This document shows positions 16,110 through 25,170 of a stretch of DNA of 25,739 nucleotides, in pieces. The stretch's first letter is position 1. Each line of letters begins with the position of its first letter. The notes below the pieces were generated by a model. That model was not told the DNA's origin and did no database searches. It saw nothing but the letters and a program-made list of their open reading frames with translations. Origin of the DNA: a virus (lineage: Duplodnaviria > Caudoviricetes); the IMG/VR virus record IMGVR_UViG_3300024275_000027, positions 1-25,739 of that record; one strand, 5' to 3'. A program made the translations under genes and the position numbers.

Positions 16110-18824
16110 ATGGCAACCAAATACACAGATCCGCTTTACGACGAACTCGACGCGCAGACTACTTCGCGTCTTGGTTTGCCGGAGGGCTTGCTTGCCTCCA
16201 TTCGCACGAAGGGCGAGCGCAGCAATTCGGATCAGGTATCGGAAGCAGGCGCCCGCTCGGTTTACCAGATAGTTCCTGCTACTCGCAAGCTCATCATGGA
16301 CAAATACGGGATTGATCCGTATTTGAACGAGAAAAATGCTTCGCTGGGCGCGGGTTATCTGCTGAAGGAATCGCTAGATCGCAACAAGGGCGATACGCGC
16401 CTCGCTGCGCTGGAGTACCACGGCGGTACGGATCGCTCCAACTGGGGCAAGCGCACGATGGCGTACGGGGATCGCGTGGTCGGTCCCGATACCGAAGCCT
16501 CCGGTTCGCGCAGCCTTCGCGCGGAACTCGCTGCCAGCCAGCCGCAGAAATCTGGCATTGCTCAGGCTTACGCGGCCTATCAGGCAGGTAAGATGCCGCC
16601 TGACGTGGCAGCGGAGTTTGAAGCCGACGTGAATGCAGGCAAGGTCTTGCTCCCGGCTGGCGCGACGCTGAAAAGCTCGCCTATTCAGAAGACCAGCGCG
16701 CCCGCACAAGCCACTCAGGCCACGCCGCAGCAACCGACGCAAGCCGCTCCGGCTGCCGCTAGTGCCGCTCCGGTACAAATCCCTGCTGAAGCCGCGCAGG
16801 CATTCGCCAATGGCACGATGCCTGCCGATATTCGTGCGGAAATGGAAGCGGATATCAAGTCCGGCCGTGCGGTGCTGCCGCCGTTGCCGCTGGGCGAGGA
16901 TATTAAGCGCGGGCTGGGGCTAGGCACGCGCAATCTGCTGGTAGGGCTGGGGCAAGGCGCTGGCATGGTCTACAACCCGATTGCTGCCACGATTAATGCT
17001 CTGATCCCAAGGGAGAAATCGCTGTCTGGCCTAGTGACTGGCGAAGAAACTCCAGTTGTCCCGCTTATCCCAACGCTGGAAGGGCAGGCCAGCGAAATTG
17101 CCGATAAGCTTGGGCTGCCGACTGCGCTGACGCCAACTGAGCGTATTCTGGCCACGGTGCAGCAAATGGCCGCGTCCAACATTCCTACTCTTGGCATGAG
17201 TCAAGCTGCTGCGACGGCAAAGGCTGCGCCTGCGGCAGTGCGTGAGGCGGGCGCGATCCTGGCAGCTAAGCCGGTGCAACAGGTAGTAAGCGGCGCGACG
17301 GCTGGCGCTGCTTCGGAAGCAGCGAAGGCGGCTGGCGCGGACACGCTCGGTCAAACGCTGGCGGCGGTGGGTGGTGGCGCTGGGCCGGCACTTGTGCAAG
17401 CCGTCGGCAAAGCCGCAGCTCCGACCGCGCAACGAGTCGGTGAGGCGGTGAGCGATGCCGCCCAAGCTGCGGCGCAACGCGTAACGCCATCGGGCCGTGC
17501 TCAAGCAGCGCAGGCGGCTGGCCGCAATGTCGGGGCAGCAGAGACAGAAGCCTCGGCCATGCGTCGGGCTAACGCCTCGGAGCTACCGGTCCCGGTCAAG
17601 TTGTCAAAGGGGCAGGCAACCCGTGACTTTGAGCAGCAACGGTTTGAGGGCGAGACAGCGAAGGATGCCGCGCGCGGCGGCGCATTGCGGGAACATGCTG
17701 CAGAGCAAAACGAGCAGCTACGCCAGAACCTCGACGCCTTCATTGACCAAACCGGCGCACAGCGGCCAACGAATCTAGGTGCTGGCCGTGCCGTCGATGA
17801 TGCGTTGTCGGCTGAATATCAGCGCTGGAAAAACAAGGTTAATGTCGCTTACCGCCAGGCCGCGAAGTCGCCGGAAGCGCTGGCTCAGGTCGATCTGAAT
17901 CATCCGGTGCAGATTGGCGCTGGAGAGAATGCGATTGAGAACACGCTAATTGGCTGGCTGAATGAGCAGCCGTCAGGCCTCAAGACTACCGGCGTTCTGG
18001 ATGATGCGAAAACCTTAGCGCAAAGGCTCGGCATTGCCGCGCTTGACGAGAACGGAAATCTCGTCCCATTGTCCGCTGATGTAAAGACGATGGAAGAATT
18101 GCGCAAGCAAGTCAACGCGATTAATGCTACCGAACGCTCTGACCGGCGCTATGTGGCGATCATTAAGGATTTGATCGACGGCCAAACCGCGCCGGTTTCC
18201 GGGCCGCTCTATCAGCGCGCACGCGGGCTTCGCACGGAAATGGCCAACCGTTTTGAGAATCGGTCGGTCGTTGCTGACTTGCTTTCGCAAAAACGCGGCA
18301 TGGATGATCGACGCGTTGCCATTGAGGATGTTGTCTCTCGCATCGTCGATAATGGCAGTCTTGATGATCTTATGTTTGCGGGCAGGCAGATTAAACGCTC
18401 GGGTGCATCGGGTCGTCAAGCTTGGGCGGAGATTCAAGGCGCAGTACTGGAGCGCATCAAGAATAAGGCGTTCGGAAATATCACGCGAAACGAGCGCGGT
18501 GATGTGGTGCTTTCCGCGCCAAAACTGGATAGCGCTATCAAAGAACTCGATGCAGATGGCAAGCTTGAATATCTGTTTGGGAAACGCGGCGCGGAGCAAC
18601 TTCGTACATTGAATGAGATTGCCAAGGACGTGAGAAGCCAAGTGCCAAACGCAACGAACTACAGCAATACCGCTGTTGTTTTGGCGCAAGCTATCGATCT
18701 GGCGCTTACCAGCACAACCGGCGTTCCGCTGCCTGTTGCAAATGGGTTGCGTTATGCACAGAAACATATTAAAGATAGAGCCATTCGTGCGCGGATTACC
18801 GATGCTCTGGCGCAGCCAAAATAA
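16110..18824 (+). CDS. Large DNA ejection protein (gp16 position) with N-terminal lytic transglycosylase (SLT) domain
   Basis: LLASIRTKGERS...SEAGARSVYQIVPAT...GAGYL...AALEYHGG matches SLT motifs I-III; Ala-rich hydrophobic middle region. Confidence 0.8.
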   Translation: MATKYTDPLYDELDAQTTSRLGLPEGLLASIRTKGERSNSDQVSEAGARSVYQIVPATRKLIMDKYGIDPYLNEKNASLGAGYLLKESLDRNKGDTRLAALEYHGGTDRSNWGKRTMAYGDRVVGPDTEASGSRSLRAELAASQPQKSGIAQAYAAYQAGKMPPDVAAEFEADVNAGKVLLPAGATLKSSPIQKTSAPAQATQATPQQPTQAAPAAASAAPVQIPAEAAQAFANGTMPADIRAEMEADIKSGRAVLPPLPLGEDIKRGLGLGTRNLLVGLGQGAGMVYNPIAATINALIPREKSLSGLVTGEETPVVPLIPTLEGQASEIADKLGLPTALTPTERILATVQQMAASNIPTLGMSQAAATAKAAPAAVREAGAILAAKPVQQVVSGATAGAASEAAKAAGADTLGQTLAAVGGGAGPALVQAVGKAAAPTAQRVGEAVSDAAQAAAQRVTPSGRAQAAQAAGRNVGAAETEASAMRRANASELPVPVKLSKGQATRDFEQQRFEGETAKDAARGGALREHAAEQNEQLRQNLDAFIDQTGAQRPTNLGAGRAVDDALSAEYQRWKNKVNVAYRQAAKSPEALAQVDLNHPVQIGAGENAIENTLIGWLNEQPSGLKTTGVLDDAKTLAQRLGIAALDENGNLVPLSADVKTMEELRKQVNAINATERSDRRYVAIIKDLIDGQTAPVSGPLYQRARGLRTEMANRFENRSVVADLLSQKRGMDDRRVAIEDVVSRIVDNGSLDDLMFAGRQIKRSGASGRQAWAEIQGAVLERIKNKAFGNITRNERGDVVLSAPKLDSAIKELDADGKLEYLFGKRGAEQLRTLNEIAKDVRSQVPNATNYSNTAVVLAQAIDLALTSTTGVPLPVANGLRYAQKHIKDRAIRARITDALAQPK

Positions 18825-18844
18825 TTTAACCGGGAACCTTTTAA

Positions 18845-20521
18845 ATGTACGCCTCCGCTAATCCGTTCGATTACTTCTCCGACCTGAGCGGCAGCCCTTT
18901 GGATGGCGGTTACGTCTATTACGGGCAACCGAATCAAGATCCCATTCAGTTTCCGAAGGCGGTCTATCAGGATGCCGCGCTAACGATCCCGGCGCCTCAG
19001 CCGTTGCGGGTGACGAACGGCAATCTCTCGTTTAACGGAAAGCCGGTCTATCTTTTCACGGGCGAAGGCAGCTATTCGATCCTCGTGCAAGACGTGAATC
19101 TGCGCCAGGTGTATTTCGTGCCGGATTTCCTGCTGATCGGCAATTCCGTTCCCGCAACCCTAACGGCGCTGAATGCTGCCATTGCTGGCGTCAAGGCCGA
19201 TCTGGCGAGCACCACGGACGCTACCAAGGGCGACGCGATGGTAGGCGCCAAGCAGCCGATCGCTAACGCTACGGGACGCACGCAGCACGATAAGAACCTC
19301 GATTTCGTCAGCGTCAAGGATTTCGGTGCGGTGCTGGATGGCGTGACGGACGACTCTGCCGCCTTTAACAACGCGCTGGCCTCGGGCCGGAACGTTTGGG
19401 TGCCCTTCACGACGGGCGGAACGAAGATCAATTCAACCGTTACGATTGGCACGGGCCAATTCCTGACGTTTGAAGACGCGAATATGCGGGTCAAGTCCAC
19501 CATTTCGACCTGCGTATTCCGGCTGACTGGCTATGGTGACTTTTTCAACACGACCAGCGGGATTCGCGGCGGTTGCACCATCGACATGAATGGTGCTCCG
19601 GCTGGCTCGACGGCCATTCGATTCGGCACGGGGACGGGCGTAGTCTGGGGCATCCGTTTGCAAGGGCGCTTCGTCTTTTACAATTGCTATGAGGCCATCG
19701 GGGATGAGGCCAGCGCCAGCAACTACGTGACCGATGTGCGAATCGATGACGTGTTCTGCCGCTATACCAATGGGCGCCAGATTTATAGCCGACGCTCGCG
19801 CGGTTTCTTCGTCTTCAATGACATTTATATCGATCAATCTGCCAACCCAGCAGGAACGCCGATCATTTGGGAAGGTGCGCGGTTTGAGGACTTTATTGGA
19901 ATCGAGCTTAACCGGTTTGACGTAGCAACTGGCGGACTCGGGGCGCCCTCGTATCAGGCAACCGCTATTGGCCTTGTTCTCAATGGCACCGGTCAGCCCG
20001 GACAGAATCCGTCTGTCTGGATTAAGCGCCTGCTGATTGATAACACTTACGGTAATGGGCTGCTAGTCAACAATGTGCTGAATTTGCGCATTGACGATTG
20101 CCAGACGTACCAAAATCTCGGCTACGGGATGCAGTTTGCATCGGTGACGCAATCGCAGATCACCAAGCTGTCCTGCGTTGGCGGTCTTGGTGTAACGGGC
20201 GCATCGGCGGGGCAGATTGGCATCCAATTTACCTCTTGCGATCAAGTTGCTATCGCCTGTATTGAGTCGATTCTGAATACGTCCAGCGGCGTGTTTCTGA
20301 ATAACTGCACACGATTCCTCGTGACTAATTTCCTTACGCGGAATAACTCTAATATCGGATGGGTGGAGCAGGGCACATCTAACATCAACATCAAGGTGTG
20401 CGGCGCCAGCTATAGCAATACCGTGCATGATCTGACGCAGGTTGGCGCCTCGTCAAATACCTCGAAATGGGTTAGTAGTGTTGCCTTCCGCGAATCGGAT
20501 ACCGGCGCGATTAATGTCTAA
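18845..20521 (+). CDS. Tailspike: P22-type head-binding domain + pectate-lyase-like beta-helix (depolymerase)
   Basis: N-terminus NPFDYF...GYVYYGQPNQDP...QPL...YSILVQD resembles the gp9 head-binding domain; VSVKDFGAVLDGVTDDSAAF beta-helix cap; Asn/Gly-rich rungs. Confidence 0.9.
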   Translation: MYASANPFDYFSDLSGSPLDGGYVYYGQPNQDPIQFPKAVYQDAALTIPAPQPLRVTNGNLSFNGKPVYLFTGEGSYSILVQDVNLRQVYFVPDFLLIGNSVPATLTALNAAIAGVKADLASTTDATKGDAMVGAKQPIANATGRTQHDKNLDFVSVKDFGAVLDGVTDDSAAFNNALASGRNVWVPFTTGGTKINSTVTIGTGQFLTFEDANMRVKSTISTCVFRLTGYGDFFNTTSGIRGGCTIDMNGAPAGSTAIRFGTGTGVVWGIRLQGRFVFYNCYEAIGDEASASNYVTDVRIDDVFCRYTNGRQIYSRRSRGFFVFNDIYIDQSANPAGTPIIWEGARFEDFIGIELNRFDVATGGLGAPSYQATAIGLVLNGTGQPGQNPSVWIKRLLIDNTYGNGLLVNNVLNLRIDDCQTYQNLGYGMQFASVTQSQITKLSCVGGLGVTGASAGQIGIQFTSCDQVAIACIESILNTSSGVFLNNCTRFLVTNFLTRNNSNIGWVEQGTSNINIKVCGASYSNTVHDLTQVGASSNTSKWVSSVAFRESDTGAINV

Positions 20522-20551
20522 ACCCGTGACTTATATCACTAGGATTCAGTA

Positions 20552-21691
20552 ATGGCGACGACCTGGCAAGACATTATCAACGCGGCCTCTACCCTTCTGT
20601 CCCGCTGGAAACGCGACGTTGACTTTGCGAGCCAGATCGTCAACGGGCCATCGACTGGGCCGACCTCGGTGGTCAATACGGACGGCGGCACGATTCCCAC
20701 GTTTGCAAAGACGCTAGCGGATATTTCTAAAGGCACCTTCACGGGACCGATCAGCACAAGCGATGCCACGCAGTCGACTAGCTCGACCACGGGTTCTATC
20801 AAGACGGCTGGCGGCCTAGGCGTCGTCAAGGATATCTATTGCGGAGGCACCTATAACGGCGCGGCGGCGTTGTCGTCTGGCACGGTAGGCGGCTCGGCCA
20901 TTGTCACGTTGACGGCTAGCCAGACGCTAACGAGCAAAACGCTCACGGCGCCGGTTATCGGGACTATCGTTAATACCGGCACGCTGACGCTTCCGACCGC
21001 CACGGACACCCTGGTTGGCCGAAATACGACCGATACGCTAGTCAATAAGACGCTGACAGCGCCGGCTATCAGTTCAATCACGAACGGCGGCACGCTCACG
21101 TTGCCAAGCGGCACGGATACGCTTGTCGCTCGGAATACCACTGATACGCTCACCAATAAGACGCTGACTAATCCGACCGTCAACGGCGCAACGATTTCCG
21201 GTACGCTGGCCGGGGCGGCCACGTTTAGCGGTGCTTTGGCCTTCACTAGCACGATCACTCCCTCTCAAACTGGTGGGATCGTCGGCACTACCACGAACAA
21301 CAACGTCAACGCAGGCAGCATCGGAGAGTTTTCCACGGCTCAGGGCGGTCCTACCTCGGCAACCAGCGCGGTTGCTCTCAATGCCACATCGATTAGCCTG
21401 ACGGCTGGGGATTGGGAAGTACAGGCCGTGATCCAGACGGTTCCTGCTGGCTCGACCACGACTAGCTATGTAGTCGCCGGGGTTTCTACAACCTCCGGCA
21501 CGCTTGGCGCGCTTGGGTCATATACGCAAATCAGCACCGCAGCCAATGCTGGCTTCGGGAATACGCTTGCGTCGCCCACGACCAGAATTAGCTTGGCAAG
21601 CACGACCACGGTCTATGCTGTTGCCAGCACGACCTTTGCAGTTAGCACCATGCAGGTCAATGGCTTTATTCGCGCACGCCGACTCCGATAA
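20552..21691 (+). CDS. Second tail fibre-like protein, Thr-rich with 37-aa repeats
   Basis: IVNGP...VNTDGGTIPTFAK N-terminus, KTLTxP repeats, C-terminal beta domain ending GFIRARR. Confidence 0.7.
   Translation: MATTWQDIINAASTLLSRWKRDVDFASQIVNGPSTGPTSVVNTDGGTIPTFAKTLADISKGTFTGPISTSDATQSTSSTTGSIKTAGGLGVVKDIYCGGTYNGAAALSSGTVGGSAIVTLTASQTLTSKTLTAPVIGTIVNTGTLTLPTATDTLVGRNTTDTLVNKTLTAPAISSITNGGTLTLPSGTDTLVARNTTDTLTNKTLTNPTVNGATISGTLAGAATFSGALAFTSTITPSQTGGIVGTTTNNNVNAGSIGEFSTAQGGPTSATSAVALNATSISLTAGDWEVQAVIQTVPAGSTTTSYVVAGVSTTSGTLGALGSYTQISTAANAGFGNTLASPTTRISLASTTTVYAVASTTFAVSTMQVNGFIRARRLR
20936..21175 (+). repeat. Coding tandem repeat, 111-bp period (about 2.2 copies)
   Basis: KTLTAPVIGTIVNTGTLTLPTATDTLVGRNTTDTLVN (20936), KTLTAPAISSITNGGTLTLPSGTDTLVARNTTDTLTN (21047), KTLTNP (21158). 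Confidence 0.9.
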
Positions 21692-21696
21692 CCGAT

Positions 21697-22221
21697 ATGA
21701 CGCCATTTCAACTCAAAGCCATCATGCCATCCGCCGGTAACAAGGCGGATCTTTTTGCCGGCCCATTAACCGATGCGATGGCAAAGTTCGGCATCGACAC
21801 GCCAAAGCGGCAAGCGGCGTTTCTGGCACAGATCGCGCATGAAAGCGGCCAGCTCCGCTACGTCAAAGAATTAGCCTCGGGTCAGGCTTACGAAGGGCGG
21901 CAGGATTTGGGCAACGTCGAACCGGGCGATGGTCCGCGCTTCAAAGGACGTGGGCTGATTCAATGCACGGGCCGCTCCAATTACGTCAAATGCGGCTTTG
22001 CTCTGGGTCTAGACCTGATTGCAAATCCCGAATTGCTGGAGACGCCAGAAAATGCCTCGCTGTCTGCGGCATGGTTCTGGTATAACAATGATCTAAACCG
22101 ATACGCAGATCGCGGGGATTTTACAACTCTCACGAAGCGAATAAACGGTGGCACAAACGGGTTAGCCGACAGGGAACATTTCTGGAAGCTAGCGAAGGAA
22201 GTCCTCGGGGTGAGTGACTAA
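21697..22221 (+). CDS. Endolysin, glycoside hydrolase family 19
   Basis: AAFLAQIAHESG, FKGRGLIQCTGRSNY, SAAWFW and TKRINGGTNGLADR motifs. Confidence 0.93.
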   Translation: MTPFQLKAIMPSAGNKADLFAGPLTDAMAKFGIDTPKRQAAFLAQIAHESGQLRYVKELASGQAYEGRQDLGNVEPGDGPRFKGRGLIQCTGRSNYVKCGFALGLDLIANPELLETPENASLSAAWFWYNNDLNRYADRGDFTTLTKRINGGTNGLADREHFWKLAKEVLGVSD

Positions 22222-22241
22222 CTTTTTATGTCGGGTAGACC

Positions 22242-22550
22242 ATGCTAATTGAAGAAACAACAATTGTCGCCGCTAAGGTCGTCGGCGCCTCTACGCTGGG
22301 CAGTGTGATCGCTCTGCGCTTCCTTCCGGGGACCATCGTTCAACGTAGCGTATCGTTTGTAACAAGTGTTGGCATTGGTTGCCTATCTGGTGGCGCTGGC
22401 GTAGAACGGTTTCATCTGGTGCCAGGTGGCTATGAACAAATGGGCATTGCGACGATTGCGGCTATCTTCGGATTGTCCGTTATCAGCAATCTGATGCAGC
22501 AACTTCCTGACTGGCTACAAGCGGCACGCAAACTGTTCCTGCGGAGCTAA
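22242..22550 (+). CDS. Putative holin
   Basis: 102 aa with 2-3 hydrophobic segments and a basic C-terminus, in the lysis cassette. Confidence 0.65.
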   Translation: MLIEETTIVAAKVVGASTLGSVIALRFLPGTIVQRSVSFVTSVGIGCLSGGAGVERFHLVPGGYEQMGIATIAAIFGLSVISNLMQQLPDWLQAARKLFLRS

Positions 22551-22551
22551 C

Positions 22552-22815
22552 ATGCTGTCCAACCTTAACACGCTTGCTGATTTTGTCATTCTTATCGGTT
22601 CGCTGTGGATTCTGCTAACCAGCAAGATTTCGACAAGAACCGGGGCGTCCTTGGTGCTGTCGATTATCGGCATGTCATCGCTCGGGAATCTCGTGATCGC
22701 ACATGATTGCCCGGGACTGACCCAGGTTAGCCTCAAGCTCGGGGTGGCCATCGCTATCGCCTATGCCTGGTATCGGATCGAATTTCGCAACCTGTTCGGG
22801 AAACGCGCATGGTGA
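22552..22815 (+). CDS. Second small membrane protein (holin or antiholin-like)
   Basis: 87 aa with three hydrophobic segments; GGAG RBS; lies between the holin and the spanins. Confidence 0.6.
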   Translation: MLSNLNTLADFVILIGSLWILLTSKISTRTGASLVLSIIGMSSLGNLVIAHDCPGLTQVSLKLGVAIAIAYAWYRIEFRNLFGKRAW

Positions 22816-23174
22816 ATCCCTATCTCTGGATTGCTGGCGTTATCCTCATCATCTGCACGCATGGCGCAGCCTACTGGAAGGGCCATGAGAGCGGCGTAGA
22901 CAGCGAGCGGGCCAAGCAGCAGGTTGAGGTAGACAAATGGCGCCAGAACGCCGATGCGGCGGCGGAGCTCTACGAGGAAGAAAAAGCCAAGAAAGCGCCG
23001 ATGATTCGCACGATCTATAAGACAAAAGAGGTCATTCGTGAGAAAAACCCTGACTTTGCTAACTGTCATGCTGGCACTGACGGCTTGCGCGCACTCTCCG
23101 ACCGCATCGATCTCACCAATTCCGGCTTCGTTACGTCAGGAGTGCCCAGCGCTGGACAAGCCCAAGGACGATAG
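22809..23174 (+). CDS. i-spanin (Rz-like)
   Basis: N-terminal TM segment, then a charged helical region with a late Cys; overlapped by a lipoprotein gene. Confidence 0.8.
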   Translation: MVNPYLWIAGVILIICTHGAAYWKGHESGVDSERAKQQVEVDKWRQNADAAAELYEEEKAKKAPMIRTIYKTKEVIREKNPDFANCHAGTDGLRALSDRIDLTNSGFVTSGVPSAGQAQGR

Positions 23175-23274
23175 TTTCGGAGCCCTATATGATTGGGCCT
23201 TCTACGTGCTGGACGAGTACGATACTTGCCGCGCCCAGCACGCAGGGTTAATCAAGGCTGTTGCGCCGCGCTAG
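23038..23274 (+). CDS. o-spanin lipoprotein (Rz1-like)
   Basis: Signal peptide with lipobox LTAC, Pro-rich segment, ECP and C..QH..L; overlaps the i-spanin in a different frame. Confidence 0.85.
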   Translation: MRKTLTLLTVMLALTACAHSPTASISPIPASLRQECPALDKPKDDSFGALYDWAFYVLDEYDTCRAQHAGLIKAVAPR

Positions 23275-23328
23275 CTCCCAGCCATGCGGCTCTAGTGGTT
23301 TCCAGTAGTGCGTGGATTGTCTCAGGTG

Positions 23329-23721
23329 TCACTGCTTGTCCCGCTCCTGCTGGATGGCGGCGTCGATGGCTGCGCGCTGAGTCGGGAACCATCCGATGGG
23401 CTGCGACATCCCGCCAAGCGTCCACATGCGAGGGGGACCGACTTCACATTCGCAGGCGATCAGTTCTAGGCCTCGGTCGATCAGAAATGCGAGCCGCTCT
23501 GCATCCGCCTTCCCCGGTGAGGGGGTGGCGCGGCGGTTCCAGGCAGCAAGCAACTCCGGCACTAGCGAGATGTCGCCGCGAGGCGCTGCCTTGAGGCGCG
23601 CCAGAATGATGAAGTAGCAGCCCGGTTCGTGCTGCTCCTCCGGCCGCGCATGTGAATCGCCTCCGCAAAACGGGCACGGCAGCAGTTCCCCATCTGCTGG
23701 GGTAGTGGCGGGGCGGGTCAT
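23329..23721 (-). CDS. Lar-like (restriction alleviation family) Zn-ribbon protein, probably chimeric
   Basis: LLPCPFCGG...AAWNRRA Lar-family pattern, followed by a DAERL...RAAIDAA module. Confidence 0.6.
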   Translation of the reverse strand: MTRPATTPADGELLPCPFCGGDSHARPEEQHEPGCYFIILARLKAAPRGDISLVPELLAAWNRRATPSPGKADAERLAFLIDRGLELIACECEVGPPRMWTLGGMSQPIGWFPTQRAAIDAAIQQERDKQ

Positions 23722-23722
23722 G
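23696..23722. repeat. 27-bp direct repeat, copy 1
   Basis: gctggggtagtggcggggcgggtcatg; 25/27 identical to 25145-25171. Confidence 0.9.
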
Positions 23723-24011
23723 CGGACTCTCCGGTAGCCTTGGTGATGGCGGCGCGAGCGAGGCGCAGCCCATAGGTTTCCTGCAGGCCGAACTCGACTT
23801 CGAGTTGCTTCAACGCTTCCAGCAGCTCCGGCGCGGCGGCTATCAGGCGTGCATCGGCGTGCTTTTGTGGCATCGGCTTATCTGCTGCATAGCTCATACG
23901 CGCTATCACGGCATCGCCTAGGCCGAGAATCTTTGCTCCATTAGCGCTGTTCGAGTGCCGGTGCTGCATCCGCCAAGGTCCCGGCGTGTGTTTCGTGTTG
24001 TTGGTCGTCAT
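23718..24011 (-). CDS. Hypothetical phage protein, 97 aa (KHTPGPW...ARLIAAAPELLEAL type)
   Basis: Start reassigned to ATG 24011 (GGAGG RBS, ATGA overlap with the upstream stop); motif common in phage early regions. Confidence 0.8.
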   Translation of the reverse strand: MTTNNTKHTPGPWRMQHRHSNSANGAKILGLGDAVIARMSYAADKPMPQKHADARLIAAAPELLEALKQLEVEFGLQETYGLRLARAAITKATGESA

Positions 24012-24766
24012 GCTGCCTCCAGTGCAAAGCCTTGTTGGATGGGCGCGGCGGCGCGTTCCCAGAACGTTAGCGACTGCCGCGATTCGATGCGCTCGCGCAG
24101 CACCTGAGCGCGTGATTCCTTGCTGGCCGGGGTGTACGGGCCACGCCATTTCGAGTCGATGCCGATGTTTTGGCCGATGTTCGTGCTGTCGGCGCTGGCG
24201 AACGGGAAGCGGCTGAAGACTTCCGGGTCCAGCATGCGCAGGCCGTGAAGCTTGCAAACAGGCCGGCCGCTCTTGTCGCACAGCACGTCCATGGCTTCTG
24301 CCATGCGAATCCACCAAGCCGACGTGCCAACCTGGGCGAAGTCGCCGGAGCTGCCAAGGCAAATGCGCGGCCAGTTCATCGCCAGTCGCTCCAGCCTCTC
24401 TAGGCTCTCATGCAGGTGCCACACCGGGGCGCCGACCCACGGTGCGCGCTCGCGCCACGGCCACTCAGCAAGCAGCGCGTCATTCGCGTCCTCGTCGCCG
24501 TCGATCACGTCCGGGATGACAGCGAAGTCGAAGGACGGATAGCGATGCAGTTCAGCCACCCACTCGTAATAGGGCTGCCAGTCGGTGACCGGCTTTCCCG
24601 ACTTCCAGGCCGAGAAGGCGCCGTTGTCGACCGCGAACGATTGCGCGACCTCCAGCACGATGCCAAGTTGCTCAGGACGCGCGAAGGACACGAACGCATG
24701 GCCGGCCCAGATGGCTCTTGCGGCGGCGGTTGTCGGCGTGATGGGAGTCCCGTGATATGGCGTCAT
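24008..24766 (-). CDS. TGT/DpdA-like guanine transglycosylase (putative DNA 7-deazaguanine insertion)
   Basis: VDNGAFS (cf. TGT DSGG), IPDVI, PVWH, LGSSG, LHGL and SADST motifs in TGT-barrel order; adjacent to a QueF-like gene. Confidence 0.75.
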   Translation of the reverse strand: MTPYHGTPITPTTAAARAIWAGHAFVSFARPEQLGIVLEVAQSFAVDNGAFSAWKSGKPVTDWQPYYEWVAELHRYPSFDFAVIPDVIDGDEDANDALLAEWPWRERAPWVGAPVWHLHESLERLERLAMNWPRICLGSSGDFAQVGTSAWWIRMAEAMDVLCDKSGRPVCKLHGLRMLDPEVFSRFPFASADSTNIGQNIGIDSKWRGPYTPASKESRAQVLRERIESRQSLTFWERAAAPIQQGFALEAA

Positions 24767-25170
24767 GCCGGTTCCTTTACGTAGAGCTGCACATCCTTGT
24801 CGCTGGTTCTCGGTCCAATCTGCGCCACCACCGAAACGCCAGACTCCAGAATCCGGCGATGCGCCGTGCTGATATGCGCCAGTTCAACTAGGCCCGATTC
24901 TTCCGGGAAGCCGCGCCGCGTCTCAATATCGACCCCATGGTGATGCGCCCTCAGCGTTTGCTTGCCGCCAAACCGATCATGCAGTTCATCGGCGATGTCC
25001 TCGTGGAACGAATTGGCTAGCAGGCTGGTTGCCGTGACGATGTGCTCGACGTGGATCACCTCAGCGGTTTCGATCTCCAGCGAATAGATGATGTGCAGTC
25101 CATTGTTCGGGCAGTGGCTCACGAATTGCAGGCGGTAGATGTTCGCTGGGGTAGTGGCGGGGATGGTCAT
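24763..25170 (-). CDS. QueF-like / QueF-L-type T-fold protein
   Basis: FVSHCP...VE...SFHED...HHGV aligns by eye with QueF FTSLCP...VE...FHED...RGG; lacks the ESKSLK QueF motif. Start at 25170 (ATGA overlap) or 25179. Confidence 0.65.
   Translation of the reverse strand: MTIPATTPANIYRLQFVSHCPNNGLHIIYSLEIETAEVIHVEHIVTATSLLANSFHEDIADELHDRFGGKQTLRAHHHGVDIETRRGFPEESGLVELAHISTAHRRILESGVSVVAQIGPRTSDKDVQLYVKEPA

Noticed and set aside
18845-21691. Diversity-generating retroelement or tail-fibre shufflon
   Set aside because: No reverse transcriptase, TR/VR pair, invertase or inverted fibre cassettes are seen.
23275-23328. attP site or terminator at the convergence of late and early arms
   Set aside because: No integrase, tRNA-like core or strong hairpin is visible.
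24012-24362. Long N-terminal extensions given by the ORF track (23718-24362; also 25167-25730 and 9748-10437)
   Set aside because: They overlap neighbouring genes or spacers; downstream ATGs at 24011, 25619 and 10377 have clear RBSs.
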